From NCBI GenBank assembly GCA_965225855.1, contig CBDDCK010000005.1:1952001-2016000 (forward strand): a DNA stretch of 64,000 nt, in the 5' to 3' direction. The notes under the pieces are model-generated. The model did no database searches. It was not told the DNA's origin and worked only from the letters and a program-made list of their open reading frames with translations. Below, one piece after another: positions 50,026 through 59,308 of this stretch; within the stretch, counting starts at the first letter, position 1; every line of letters starts with the position of its first letter. Source of the stretch: Spirochaetia bacterium (lineage in GTDB: Bacteria; Spirochaetota; Spirochaetia; SP-2023). Both the position numbers and the translations under genes were made by a program.

Positions 50026-51495
50026 TTAAAAATTGCGCCAGAATCTGGGCATAAATAACACCAGTACGGTATAAATTTCCAAACGACCAATGACCATTAC
50101 TACGGATAAAAACATTTTTACAAATGGGTGTAGTGCACCGTAGTTCATGCTTGGTCCTAGCCCAGCAAAACCTGGCCCGATATTTCCTAAAATTGCCAGC
50201 GCGCCTGAAAATGATGTCAATAAATCACTGCCAAAGAATGCTAATACCAGAGTTGTCAATAGCAATAACAAAATATACAAAATTAAAAAACCAATAATCG
50301 CAGCAATAACCAGACTGCCCATAGACTGCCCGTTAATGGAAATTTGGTAAAATCCCCTAGGCTTTAACATATAGCGCAGTTCTAAAATACCTTTTTTTAC
50401 TAGACAAATTACGCGGATGACTTTGACCCCGCCTGCTGTTGAACCCGCAGAGCCACCGATAAACATTAATAAAAATAGCAAAACTTTGGCATTTTCTGGC
50501 CATCGATCATAGTCTACCGTTGCAAAACCGGTTGTCGTTAAAATGCTAGTCACTTGGAACATTGCATCGATCAGGCTCGCAATAAAACTTTTTCCTGTTT
50601 GGAATTCTAGTTTCAAAATCAAAGCTATGGTCAAACTACACAATGCTATAATGAGAAGATATATTTTGAGCTCGGTGTTAGAACGTATTTTGTCAAATTT
50701 TCGCTTAAAAACATGATAGAATACCATAAAATTACAGCCTGCTAAAATCATAAAAATTGTAATAACCCATTGGATATAAGCAGAGTTATACGCCCCTATG
50801 CTGTCATTTCGGGTGGAATAACCACCTGTAGCCATGGTGGCAAAGCTGTGGGTAAACGAATCAAATAAGCTCATTCCACCCAAACGCAGTAAAATGATTT
50901 CGACAAACGTCAATATGGTATAGATAAACCATAGTATTTTTGCCGTGTCATTGATGCGGTAAGTTACTTTATCTAAATCTGGGCCAGGTGCTTCTGCACG
51001 CATTAGTTGAGCACCACTGATACCTAATAATGGAAACAAAGCTATAGTCAAAACAATGAAGCCCATACCCCCTAGCCAATGGGTCATAGCGCGCCAAAAT
51101 AATAAACCTTTGGAAAGTCCTTCAATATTGCTTAAAATACTGGCTCCCGTGGTGGTATAACCCGAAATGGTTTCAAAAAATGCATCGATAAAATTGGGAA
51201 TATCGCCTGATAAAACGAAAGGCAAGGCCGATAAAGCGGACACAAAAAACCAAGAAAACGAAACTAACAGCAAAGCATCACGCGGCACTAGATTTTTATT
51301 TGAGTCTCGCTTGCGCAATTTTAAAAAATAAAAAAGGCTGCCAAACAATAACACGCTAAAACCAATGGGCAGGAGAAATGCGGAAAGCAAATGTCGTTCG
51401 CCATAAAAAAGGCCCACCATCAAAGGTAATAGCATCAGTGCAGTAATGATTAACATCAAGGCAGAAAGCCCTAAAAATAATGTGCGAAAATTCAT
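50026..51495 (-). CDS. trkH: Trk potassium uptake membrane protein TrkH
   Basis: FETISGYTTTGA, WLGGMG, TTTGF, GSTAGGVK, GNIGPG, GRLEI. Confidence 0.95.
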   Translation of the reverse strand: MNFRTLFLGLSALMLIITALMLLPLMVGLFYGERHLLSAFLLPIGFSVLLFGSLFYFLKLRKRDSNKNLVPRDALLLVSFSWFFVSALSALPFVLSGDIPNFIDAFFETISGYTTTGASILSNIEGLSKGLLFWRAMTHWLGGMGFIVLTIALFPLLGISGAQLMRAEAPGPDLDKVTYRINDTAKILWFIYTILTFVEIILLRLGGMSLFDSFTHSFATMATGGYSTRNDSIGAYNSAYIQWVITIFMILAGCNFMVFYHVFKRKFDKIRSNTELKIYLLIIALCSLTIALILKLEFQTGKSFIASLIDAMFQVTSILTTTGFATVDYDRWPENAKVLLFLLMFIGGSAGSTAGGVKVIRVICLVKKGILELRYMLKPRGFYQISINGQSMGSLVIAAIIGFLILYILLLLLTTLVLAFFGSDLLTSFSGALAILGNIGPGFAGLGPSMNYGALHPFVKMFLSVVMVIGRLEIYTVLVLFMPRFWRNF

Positions 51496-51500
51496 AGCTT

Positions 51501-52934
51501 CTAATTACTAAAAAGTTGAATCATTTGCTCTCGTAGTTCCTTATAGGTAATGAGGATCACGCGATCTCCTTTTTGCAACACCGTTGTACCTGTAGGTAGG
51601 ATTGTACCTTCTTTTCGATATATATATGTAATAATTGTATCTTCATCAGGGAAGCGAATTTGATTTAGGGCTTGGTCTACTAAGCTGGAATTCTCCCCCA
51701 CCTGCAATTCTAAAATTTCCATATCGCCATCAACCAAACTTTGAATATTGTATACATTATCCCCGTGAATATAGCGCATAATAGAATTTACCATGGTGTT
51801 ACTACTACTTACGATGACATCAAGCCCTAAGCTAGAGGCAATGTTATGCATTTGTTTTGTGCGTGTCAGGACAATCGCTCGGCGAATCCCCGTGTTTTTG
51901 GCATACAGCGCGGTTACAATATTGAGCTCTTGGTTGTCTGTAGCTGCAATAAAAATATGGGCTTTGGTTAGATTTTCTTCTTCAAATAAATTTTCTTCAC
52001 TGACATCGGCGTTTAATACTTCAACATCGGGCAGGCGAACTTTAATAGATTTGCAACGTTCATAGTCTCGTTCAATGTATTTGATTTTGTATTGCTGTAA
52101 ATCCATCGTTTTGAAAAACCATTTTGTCAAACTATGGAATAGACCTTTTGCTTTTTTGACGACTGGTTCTGTATTTTTGGCAAGCAATCGACCTACGGTA
52201 ATAGCAATCTCACCGCCTCCTAGTATGACAACATTTTTACTGTTATCTTGCAAACCTAAGCCAAACTGTTCTATAATCCGTTCTGTATGGCTTTTTTCCG
52301 ATGCAATATATATGGTGTCTTTCAGCTGTAGTACCGTTTCGGCTGTGGGTATCATTAGCGAAGAATCCATATGGCGCAATAAAGGTATTAGAAATGAAAC
52401 AGGCGAGTCATTGCGCAATTGCTGGATTGTTTTGCCGATAATTTTATGTTGGCCTTCACTCAACATAAAACTGCGTAGCTGAATATCGCCGTTAGCAAAT
52501 TCGTAAATATCGCCAATGGCACCGTGCTCTATGGTTTTGATAATGGCTTCAGCCGTTTCGCGTGGAGGGTGAACCACAAAAGATGGACCAATTACCGAGC
52601 GTTCAATAACGTTGATCGAGTTGTATTCTAAATTGCGAATACGAATGATTTTCGTCAATTCGGGGAATTCGGCCCCCACTATGTAGGCTGAAGCGAGATT
52701 TACTTCATCAGAGTTGGTCAAAGCCACAAAAAAATCGGTATCACTCAAATCCACAGATTTCAACGCTTCTAGGTCAGTTCCCAAAGCAAGTTCAATCTTG
52801 CAGTCCAAACGTTCGCTAGCGTAACGCTGGATTTCGGGATTTTTCTCTAAAACGACAATATCTTTGCCTTCAGAAATTAGTTGTTTTGCTAATTGAAAAC
52901 CAATGCTTCCTGCGCCCACAATCACTATTTTCAT
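51501..52934 (-). CDS. trkA: Trk potassium uptake NAD-binding protein TrkA
   Basis: MKIVIVGAGSIG, ALTNSDEVN, second RCK_N ILGGG, C-terminal RCK_C. Confidence 0.93.
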   Translation of the reverse strand: MKIVIVGAGSIGFQLAKQLISEGKDIVVLEKNPEIQRYASERLDCKIELALGTDLEALKSVDLSDTDFFVALTNSDEVNLASAYIVGAEFPELTKIIRIRNLEYNSINVIERSVIGPSFVVHPPRETAEAIIKTIEHGAIGDIYEFANGDIQLRSFMLSEGQHKIIGKTIQQLRNDSPVSFLIPLLRHMDSSLMIPTAETVLQLKDTIYIASEKSHTERIIEQFGLGLQDNSKNVVILGGGEIAITVGRLLAKNTEPVVKKAKGLFHSLTKWFFKTMDLQQYKIKYIERDYERCKSIKVRLPDVEVLNADVSEENLFEEENLTKAHIFIAATDNQELNIVTALYAKNTGIRRAIVLTRTKQMHNIASSLGLDVIVSSSNTMVNSIMRYIHGDNVYNIQSLVDGDMEILELQVGENSSLVDQALNQIRFPDEDTIITYIYRKEGTILPTGTTVLQKGDRVILITYKELREQMIQLFSN

Positions 52935-52978
52935 TGTGGGGCGAATACTAGCATAAAGGCAGACGTTGTGCTATATAT

Positions 52979-53791
52979 TTGGTTATGGCTTTACCAAATA
53001 CTCAAGATATAAAAAAACGGCCACTCAATATTGCAATTATTTTGGCAGGGGGAATTGGCCACCGTGCCGTTGGTTCTGCAAAAGAAAAACATTTGCAAAA
53101 GCCAAAGCAATTTTGGCCTTTAGCGGGCCTCCCTGTTTGGCAACATAGTTGGTTGCGTTATGCAATGAATCCGGCTATAGATAAAGTTTGTTTGGTTTGG
53201 CCTGAAAATTATATCGCTGAAATTCAAAACATTGTTGCTAATTATTCGCAAACAGTTGCGCCTAGCTATATTATTGCCGGTGGTTTAGAGCGTAGTGATT
53301 CCAGCTATCAGGCTGTGGAATTCTGCCAGCAATGGCAACTACCACAGCAACGGGTTCTGGTTTTAATCCATGATGCTGCCCGACCTTTAATTAGCTCTCG
53401 GCTGATTGAAGATAGTTTGGCCCAGCTTGAATTTGCCAATGCTGTAGTTTGCGCTACCCCCGTGCAGGATAGTTTGTTTGTGAAAAATCCAGAAAACAGA
53501 GTAGAAAAGGTTTTAAAGCGCAGCCAGATTATGCACAGCCAAACGCCCCAAAGTTTTGAGTTACAAACTTTGCGCAAGGCCTTTGCCAAGCATCGCCAAC
53601 GCCAGGAAATTATACCAACAGATGATATTTCTTTGGTGAAACATTATTTGCCTGCAGAAAAAATTGCGATAGTGGCGGGCGATAAGTACAATATCAAACT
53701 TACAGAAGCCGAAGACCTTGATATACTCGATTGGTGTTATGAACGGTTTATGGCTGAAACTGCCAAAATTGAAAATTTTGGCAATGTTTGA
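52979..53791 (+). CDS. ispD: 2-C-methyl-D-erythritol 4-phosphate cytidylyltransferase (IspD/TarI family)
   Basis: IILAGGIGHR, PKQF, GGLERSDS, LIHDAARP, QTPQSF, NIKLT. Confidence 0.88.
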   Translation: MVMALPNTQDIKKRPLNIAIILAGGIGHRAVGSAKEKHLQKPKQFWPLAGLPVWQHSWLRYAMNPAIDKVCLVWPENYIAEIQNIVANYSQTVAPSYIIAGGLERSDSSYQAVEFCQQWQLPQQRVLVLIHDAARPLISSRLIEDSLAQLEFANAVVCATPVQDSLFVKNPENRVEKVLKRSQIMHSQTPQSFELQTLRKAFAKHRQRQEIIPTDDISLVKHYLPAEKIAIVAGDKYNIKLTEAEDLDILDWCYERFMAETAKIENFGNV

Positions 53792-53868
53792 AGTCTGGAA
53801 GTGAATGCAAATCCGCTTTTTCTTGGATTGTGAATTACCAAAAAATCATTATAGATTGGTTTTTTATT

Positions 53869-54396
53869 ATGAACCATGTAGAAAATACAAACCATGCAAA
53901 ACCAAAGCAATTAAAAATTGTTTTATTTCAACCAGAAATACCACACAACGCTGGGGCTGCAATTCGGCTTTGCGCTGGGCTTAATGCGGCATTGCATTTG
54001 ATACGGCCTTTAGGTTTTACTGTAAACGATAAACATTTAGAGCGAGTGGCTCTGGGTTATCATGAATTGCTGCGCCCGGTAATACACAACAATATGGCAG
54101 CTTTTTTAAGTTCCTTAAAAGAATGCGAACAGTTGCTGATATTTTCCAGCAAGGCTAACAAAATATTCACAGAGATTGATATAGCAGAAAAAGTGGCCTT
54201 GTTATTTGGTTCAGAAACAAAAGGTTTTAGTGCATTGATGCAAACCAATCTCGATGTGTATCAATCGTTGGAACAACGTTCGCTAAGCGTAAAAATCCCC
54301 CAAGCAGAAAATTTTCGTTGCCATAATTTGAGTAATAGCATTGCTATGGGAGCTTATGAAATCCAGCGAAAGTGGGGTTTCCCCAAATTGAGTTAG
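53869..54396 (+). CDS. trmL: tRNA (cytidine/uridine-2'-O)-methyltransferase TrmL (SpoU family)
   Basis: IVLFQPEIPHNAG, LHLIRPLGF, LLFGSETKG, HNLSNS; ATG at 53869 preferred (ORF track starts at 53788). Confidence 0.9.
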   Translation: MNHVENTNHAKPKQLKIVLFQPEIPHNAGAAIRLCAGLNAALHLIRPLGFTVNDKHLERVALGYHELLRPVIHNNMAAFLSSLKECEQLLIFSSKANKIFTEIDIAEKVALLFGSETKGFSALMQTNLDVYQSLEQRSLSVKIPQAENFRCHNLSNSIAMGAYEIQRKWGFPKLS

Positions 54397-54488
54397 TTCA
54401 TTTATTAATGATAGGCTGGTAAAAGAAATTTTAGCTAAGGCTAAAGCAGAACAATACCGATAAATAAATACCCCAGCCCCCTCTAACC

Positions 54489-54650
54489 ATAGAATTACCT
54501 CCCACCTATTTAATAGAATCGACCCAAATCTATTAATAGAATTACCTCCCACCTATTGATAGAATTGACCCAAATCTATCAATAGAATTACCTCGCACCT
54601 ATTGATAGAATTGACCTAAATCTATCCATAGATTTACCTCCCACCTATTG
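54489..54650. repeat. 23-bp-period alternating A/B repeat array, 7 subunits (paralog of 21764-21879)
   Basis: ATAGA starts at 54489, 54513, 54536, 54559, 54582, 54605 and 54628. Confidence 0.9.
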
Positions 54651-54682
54651 ATACCCTAGTCTTTAATGAAATTTTCTACATC

Positions 54683-54807
54683 GGCACATAATCCAAGACC
54701 TATACAACAATCATCGGCAATCGTTGGCCAAATTCTGAACGCCCCTGAAAGAATAATATCCCGTTTTGATTTTCATTAAATGTTTCACCTTTTGGAGATT
54801 GCCCCAT
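54683..54807 (-). pseudogene. Second copy of hsdS relic
   Basis: MGQSPKGETFNENQNGILFFQGRSEFGQRLP, then CCIGLGLCA. Confidence 0.75.
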
Positions 54808-55025
54808 AGTGTAATTAAGGTGTAATCAAGTATTTTATTCAATTCTACACTTTGCCACCCCCCAAAGGCCAAACAAAGGCCAAACAAAGGCCAACACCCT
54901 TAAGCCTTTTGATTGGCATGGATTTTGAACCACCTTACAACACTAACACACAACACTAAGACACAAAAAAAGTGCCCAAAACATAAAAAAAGCACAAAAA
55001 AACTTGTAAAAAGCTTGTATAGGCC

Positions 55026-55052
55026 TTGACGCAACACCCCCCCTAGCAAAAT
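55026..55052 (+). promoter_or_regulatory. Putative sigma70 promoter with C7 tract (lipoprotein copy 3)
   Basis: TTGACG-CAACA-C7-TAG-CAAAAT. Confidence 0.5.
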
Positions 55053-55115
55053 GGGGCACTGTACACTAGCCCGTATGGGTTGGCGAATCTTTATCCATTT
55101 TTGGAGGTATTGCTT

Positions 55116-56816
55116 ATGTATAAGCTCAAACTACTTTTATTGCCTGTAGCATTGCTACTGGCCTTTATGGCCTTGGCCTGCGCCCCACCCGATGACGATG
55201 ATCGATCTTCTGGGCCGACTAAGCCGACTATCAATAACGCCATCTACGATTTTACTACGGCTCTGTTAACCGTACAAGGTACTGACTTAAGTCCTACAGA
55301 AGCCCAAATCCAAACTATCAGGGTAGCTGGCCTAGCCTTAAATTCTTATACTGCCACAGCCACTGGGGTAAATAGTAACGGTCTTAAACAAGGTCAGTAC
55401 CGTATTGCAAACGATGGCACTGCGATTTGGCTTAGACTTACCGATCCACATAAAGCTGCTCTGAATGGCAAGGTGGGTAGCAATGGTCTAAAAAAAGGGT
55501 TGCTTACTAGCTCTGGTGCTTGGGCGGGTTTAAATACAGCCAAAGACTTGGAAGTTAGGAATATACCCGAAAATAAGCAGTCTAAAGTATCCGATGACAA
55601 TCAGCCATCTAAGCAAACTGAAGACGAACAAGCTGAAGAAGACGAACAAGCCGAACAAACCGAAGAGGAGTCGCCTAAGCAACCTGAAGAAGCTGAAGAA
55701 GACGAACAAGTCGAACAAGCTGAAGATCAGTCGCCTGAAGCCACAATTACCCGTGCAACCTACCATGTTGGTACGGCGCTGTTAACCTTGCAAGGTACTC
55801 ACTTAAGTGCTACAACTGCGACCCAAGCGCAAATCCAAACCATCGTGGTAGATGGCGTAGCCTTAAATTCTTATACTGCAGATGGCACAGCCACTGGGCC
55901 AGATAGTCGCAGTCTTGCAAAAGGTAAGTACCGTATGAAAAGAGATGGCACAGCGCTTTGGCTTTACCTTACCGATCAACATAAAGCTACTCTGAATGGC
56001 AAGACAGGTATGGATAGCAATGGTCTAAAAAAAGGATTGCTTAGCGTTGGCACTGGTACTTGGGCGGGTTTAGATACAGCCAAAGACTTGGACGTTAGTG
56101 GAAACCCCGCACCCACAATTACCAGTGCAACCTACAATGCTATTACAGGCGTGTTAGTGATTACAGGTGTCAATTTACCGTCAACAGTGGATCGCTGGGA
56201 CTTCACCAAATTGAGGTTTGTCGCAGGTAATGGTCGTAATAAATACACATTACCCGGTCACTACCCAACCGGTAATAACATAGCCACAGGTTCTGCAGCA
56301 AGTGCAACAAGCTTAACGATTACTTTAGGCCGTTATCAACGCAATAGAGCCAATAGGATATTGGTTAAGAATGGTGATAGTGATGTTGATGGTGCATACA
56401 ACCTGGAAGCAGCAGCAGGATTTGCAGGTGGTAGCGCTGAAGACACAAGCAATAACCCTATTACCGTTAGTGGGTATGTATTCATAATCTATAACGCATA
56501 CTACAATGCTAATAAAGGCAATTTATTGATTCAGGGTAATCATTTACCGACAACAATTGCAGAATGGGACTTTAGCAAATTGACGCTTGTATCCAGTGAT
56601 GGTAGTAAGAGATACAAATTACCCCAGCACGCAACCGCAGGTGAAAACACAGCCACAGGTTCTAGTGCAGGTACAACCTACTTAAGTATTACTTTAAGCG
56701 GTAGTGTAAAAGCGGAAGCCGAGAAGATACTGGTTAAGCATGGCAAACTTAAAGCAGCAGCAGGATTTATACCTGGTAGTACAGAAGGCTTAACCACTAG
56801 TATATTCAAGTTTTAA
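55116..56816 (+). CDS. Modular surface lipoprotein, paralog 3 (A - linker - A - B - B)
   Basis: Same signal, lipobox and modules as paralogs 1 and 2; last B module shortened (ORF track starts at 55080). Confidence 0.85.
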   Translation: MYKLKLLLLPVALLLAFMALACAPPDDDDRSSGPTKPTINNAIYDFTTALLTVQGTDLSPTEAQIQTIRVAGLALNSYTATATGVNSNGLKQGQYRIANDGTAIWLRLTDPHKAALNGKVGSNGLKKGLLTSSGAWAGLNTAKDLEVRNIPENKQSKVSDDNQPSKQTEDEQAEEDEQAEQTEEESPKQPEEAEEDEQVEQAEDQSPEATITRATYHVGTALLTLQGTHLSATTATQAQIQTIVVDGVALNSYTADGTATGPDSRSLAKGKYRMKRDGTALWLYLTDQHKATLNGKTGMDSNGLKKGLLSVGTGTWAGLDTAKDLDVSGNPAPTITSATYNAITGVLVITGVNLPSTVDRWDFTKLRFVAGNGRNKYTLPGHYPTGNNIATGSAASATSLTITLGRYQRNRANRILVKNGDSDVDGAYNLEAAAGFAGGSAEDTSNNPITVSGYVFIIYNAYYNANKGNLLIQGNHLPTTIAEWDFSKLTLVSSDGSKRYKLPQHATAGENTATGSSAGTTYLSITLSGSVKAEAEKILVKHGKLKAAAGFIPGSTEGLTTSIFKF

Positions 56817-56954
56817 ATTTAAAGTAGGGTTTGGTTGTTGCAACGCTTGCATTGGCAATTGCAACCTTGGTAAGTTTTTTAGCAAGGTTGCTTTTGCCAA
56901 TTATAGCCTTGGTAAATACGGGAAGCCAATATAGCCAAAGGCTGGAACAACCAA

Positions 56955-57190
56955 GCTATGTTTGAGCCCGTGCATGGTTCTGCACCTCGCCTGATACAAG
57001 AAGGCCGCCTGCCTTATGTTGACCCTCGTTCAATGCTACAAGCAGTTAGTTTAATGCTAAGCCATATTGGGTACAATCAGAAAGCCGTTACATAAACACC
57101 GCAATACAAACGGCAAGCGCGCACTTCCCAATAACTGGTTTTGCAAATGGTGCCGCAACCCAAGATTTTATGGCTAAATTAATTAGCTAG
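56955..57190 (+). pseudogene. 3' relic of an isocitrate/isopropylmalate dehydrogenase family gene
   Basis: AMFEPVHGSAPRLIQEGRLPYVDPRSMLQAVSLMLSHIGY..* (FEPVHGSAP signature), then frameshifted ITGFANGAATQDFM. Confidence 0.8.
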
Positions 57191-57264
57191 ATTCAGTAAA
57201 ATCGGCAAAATAATTTCTCAATAATCTTGACTTTATCGTGAACAAACTTTATAAGCTTGCGCTT

Positions 57265-57286
57265 GATATTGATAATAGTTTTTATC
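57265..57286 (+). promoter_or_regulatory. Candidate Fur-type operator upstream of the iron uptake operon
   Basis: GATATTGATAATAGTTTTT matches 14/19 of GATAATGATAATCATTATC; GATAA-N6-TTATC dyad; AT-rich background lowers specificity. Confidence 0.45.
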
Positions 57287-57321
57287 GAATTTTAACTTAT
57301 TTTTTATAAAGGATTATTTCT

Positions 57322-58275
57322 ATGTATAGAAAGATGTTTAGTGCAAAAATAGCAACTCTGTTATTCCTTATAGTTTTAGCAGCGTGCTCAAAAAAGAAAG
57401 GTACAGATTCCAGTACCACCCCTGAAAAAGAGGAAGGGAAAATGATTACGATTCAACACGAAAGCGGAGAGACGGTATTAAAATCAATTCCCAAACGGAT
57501 CGTAGTTTTAGAATACTCTTTTATTGATGCGCTCGCTGCTATTGAGATTGCGCCTGTGGGTATTGCCGATGATAAAAAGCGCGAGCGCATTGAGCCCGAA
57601 TTAATCGAGCATATTGGCAATGATTGGGTTTCCGTTGGCACGCGCAAACAACCCAGCTTAGAAGTGATTGCCAGCCTAACCCCGGATTTCATTATTGCCG
57701 ATAAAAAACGTCATTCTGCGGTATACAGCTCTTTAAGTGAGATCGCCCCCACGATTGTATTGAGTAGTCTAGGGGCTGATTATGATGCCACTATTGAAAA
57801 TATGGTTGTGATTGGCAAAGCGTTGGGTAAAGAATCTGAAATGGAAGAGCGTATTGCTAAGCACCAAAAAATTATGGACGATTACGCTGCTGCTATTCAG
57901 AATCCAAACAATTTGACGGCTGTGTTTGGCGTAACCAATGCCAATGGCCTGTGGTTGCAAGGGCCCATATCATTTAATGGTACTCTTTTAAAGCGGCTTG
58001 GCTATGAAAGCCCGTTGAAAAATAATGAAAGTGCTTCAATTGAAACTTCTCTGGAACAATTGGCCGATGCGGATCCGGATATTTTGCTATTTGGGAAATA
58101 TACCGACCCAGCATTTACAGAAAAATTCCTCGAAGATGCCCTTTGGCAGACGATTAGTGCCGTCCAAAATGATGAAGTGCACTATGTTCGTAGATCGAAT
58201 CTGTGGGCACGCTTACGCGGAATTATTGCAGCAGAAATTATTGCCAAAGATTTCGTTGAAATTCTGAACAAATAA
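57322..58275 (+). CDS. fecB: Fe(III)-citrate/siderophore ABC substrate-binding lipoprotein
   Basis: LAA-C lipobox; PKRIVVLEYSFIDAL, PVGIADD, SVGTRKQPSLE. Confidence 0.85.
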   Translation: MYRKMFSAKIATLLFLIVLAACSKKKGTDSSTTPEKEEGKMITIQHESGETVLKSIPKRIVVLEYSFIDALAAIEIAPVGIADDKKRERIEPELIEHIGNDWVSVGTRKQPSLEVIASLTPDFIIADKKRHSAVYSSLSEIAPTIVLSSLGADYDATIENMVVIGKALGKESEMEERIAKHQKIMDDYAAAIQNPNNLTAVFGVTNANGLWLQGPISFNGTLLKRLGYESPLKNNESASIETSLEQLADADPDILLFGKYTDPAFTEKFLEDALWQTISAVQNDEVHYVRRSNLWARLRGIIAAEIIAKDFVEILNK

Positions 58276-58309
58276 TTTCGATAAAATCTCTAATCAAGAG
58301 ATATATCCA

Positions 58310-59308
58310 ATGAGTATTTATACAAAAATAATATGTCTCTTTGTCGTCCTGCTCTTCGGAGCAGGGGCGTCCCTTATTTTATATCCTATTGGTGATATTA
58401 CTTTCGATACCGTATATTCGGCCCTCACGACTCCCATTGACGATGTGGCCGAAATCACGTTTTTGAATATTCGTATTCCCCGCACATTAACGGCCATTCT
58501 GTTAGGGGTGAATTTATCGTTGGCGGGTTTGGTTGTACAAGCTCTAAGCCGAAACCCTATCGCCTCGCCGGGAGTATTAGGTATTAGCCAAAGTGCGGGT
58601 TTATTTGTTGCCCTAGCAGCGATTATCCCGGAATATTTGCCTATACCGTTAAATATTTTGGCATTTATCGGTGGGCTTATTGGCGGTGGTTTGACGTTTG
58701 TTGTTGCCGGCGGTTTGAATAAACGTATCACTCCCGAGCGTATGATTTTAGCAGGCCTGGCTACCGGGGCAATCACTATTGCGGTGATGCGCTTTTCCTT
58801 CACCATTGACGATGACGTTGCGAAATCTGTAATTAAATGGTTGATCGGCAATGTCAAAGATGTCCGTTGGCAAGAGGTAAATAATTTAATTATTTGGGCA
58901 TTTGTAGGTATTATCATTTGTTTGGCTTTCAGTAATGTTTTGAATATTCTGGCTATCGGCACGGAAACAGCAAAAGGGCTGGGGGTTAATGTGGTGTTTT
59001 ATGGTGTGATTTTATGGGCAGTAGCAACATTTTTAACTGCCGTATCGGTTGCAGCCGTTGGTCCGATATTGTTTTTAGGTTTGATGATTCCCCATTTAGC
59101 GCGTTTAATATTTGGGCATAACCACAAAATTTTAGCCATCGCCTGTCCATTGATGGGGGCAACATTGATGGTACTTGCCGATGCGCTCAGCCGTTACTTA
59201 TTAAAGGGTATATATGGCACGGAAACGCCTATTGGTGTGGTAATCTCATTTGTTGGCGGAATTTATTTTCTATTCCTGATCAAAAGGGAAGATAGTTATG
59301 GAAAATAG
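58310..59308 (+). CDS. fecC: Iron ABC permease (FecCD family)
   Basis: IRIPRTL, RNPIASPGVLG, AKGLGV, FLGLMIPH. Confidence 0.85.
   Translation: MSIYTKIICLFVVLLFGAGASLILYPIGDITFDTVYSALTTPIDDVAEITFLNIRIPRTLTAILLGVNLSLAGLVVQALSRNPIASPGVLGISQSAGLFVALAAIIPEYLPIPLNILAFIGGLIGGGLTFVVAGGLNKRITPERMILAGLATGAITIAVMRFSFTIDDDVAKSVIKWLIGNVKDVRWQEVNNLIIWAFVGIIICLAFSNVLNILAIGTETAKGLGVNVVFYGVILWAVATFLTAVSVAAVGPILFLGLMIPHLARLIFGHNHKILAIACPLMGATLMVLADALSRYLLKGIYGTETPIGVVISFVGGIYFLFLIKREDSYGK

Noticed and set aside
54489..54650. CRISPR array interpretation of the 23/46-bp arrays
   Set aside because: The intervening segments are themselves repeats rather than unique spacers, and there are no cas genes in the window
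58318..58962. 214-aa minus-strand ORF opposite fecC
   Set aside because: Antisense shadow of a well-supported permease gene
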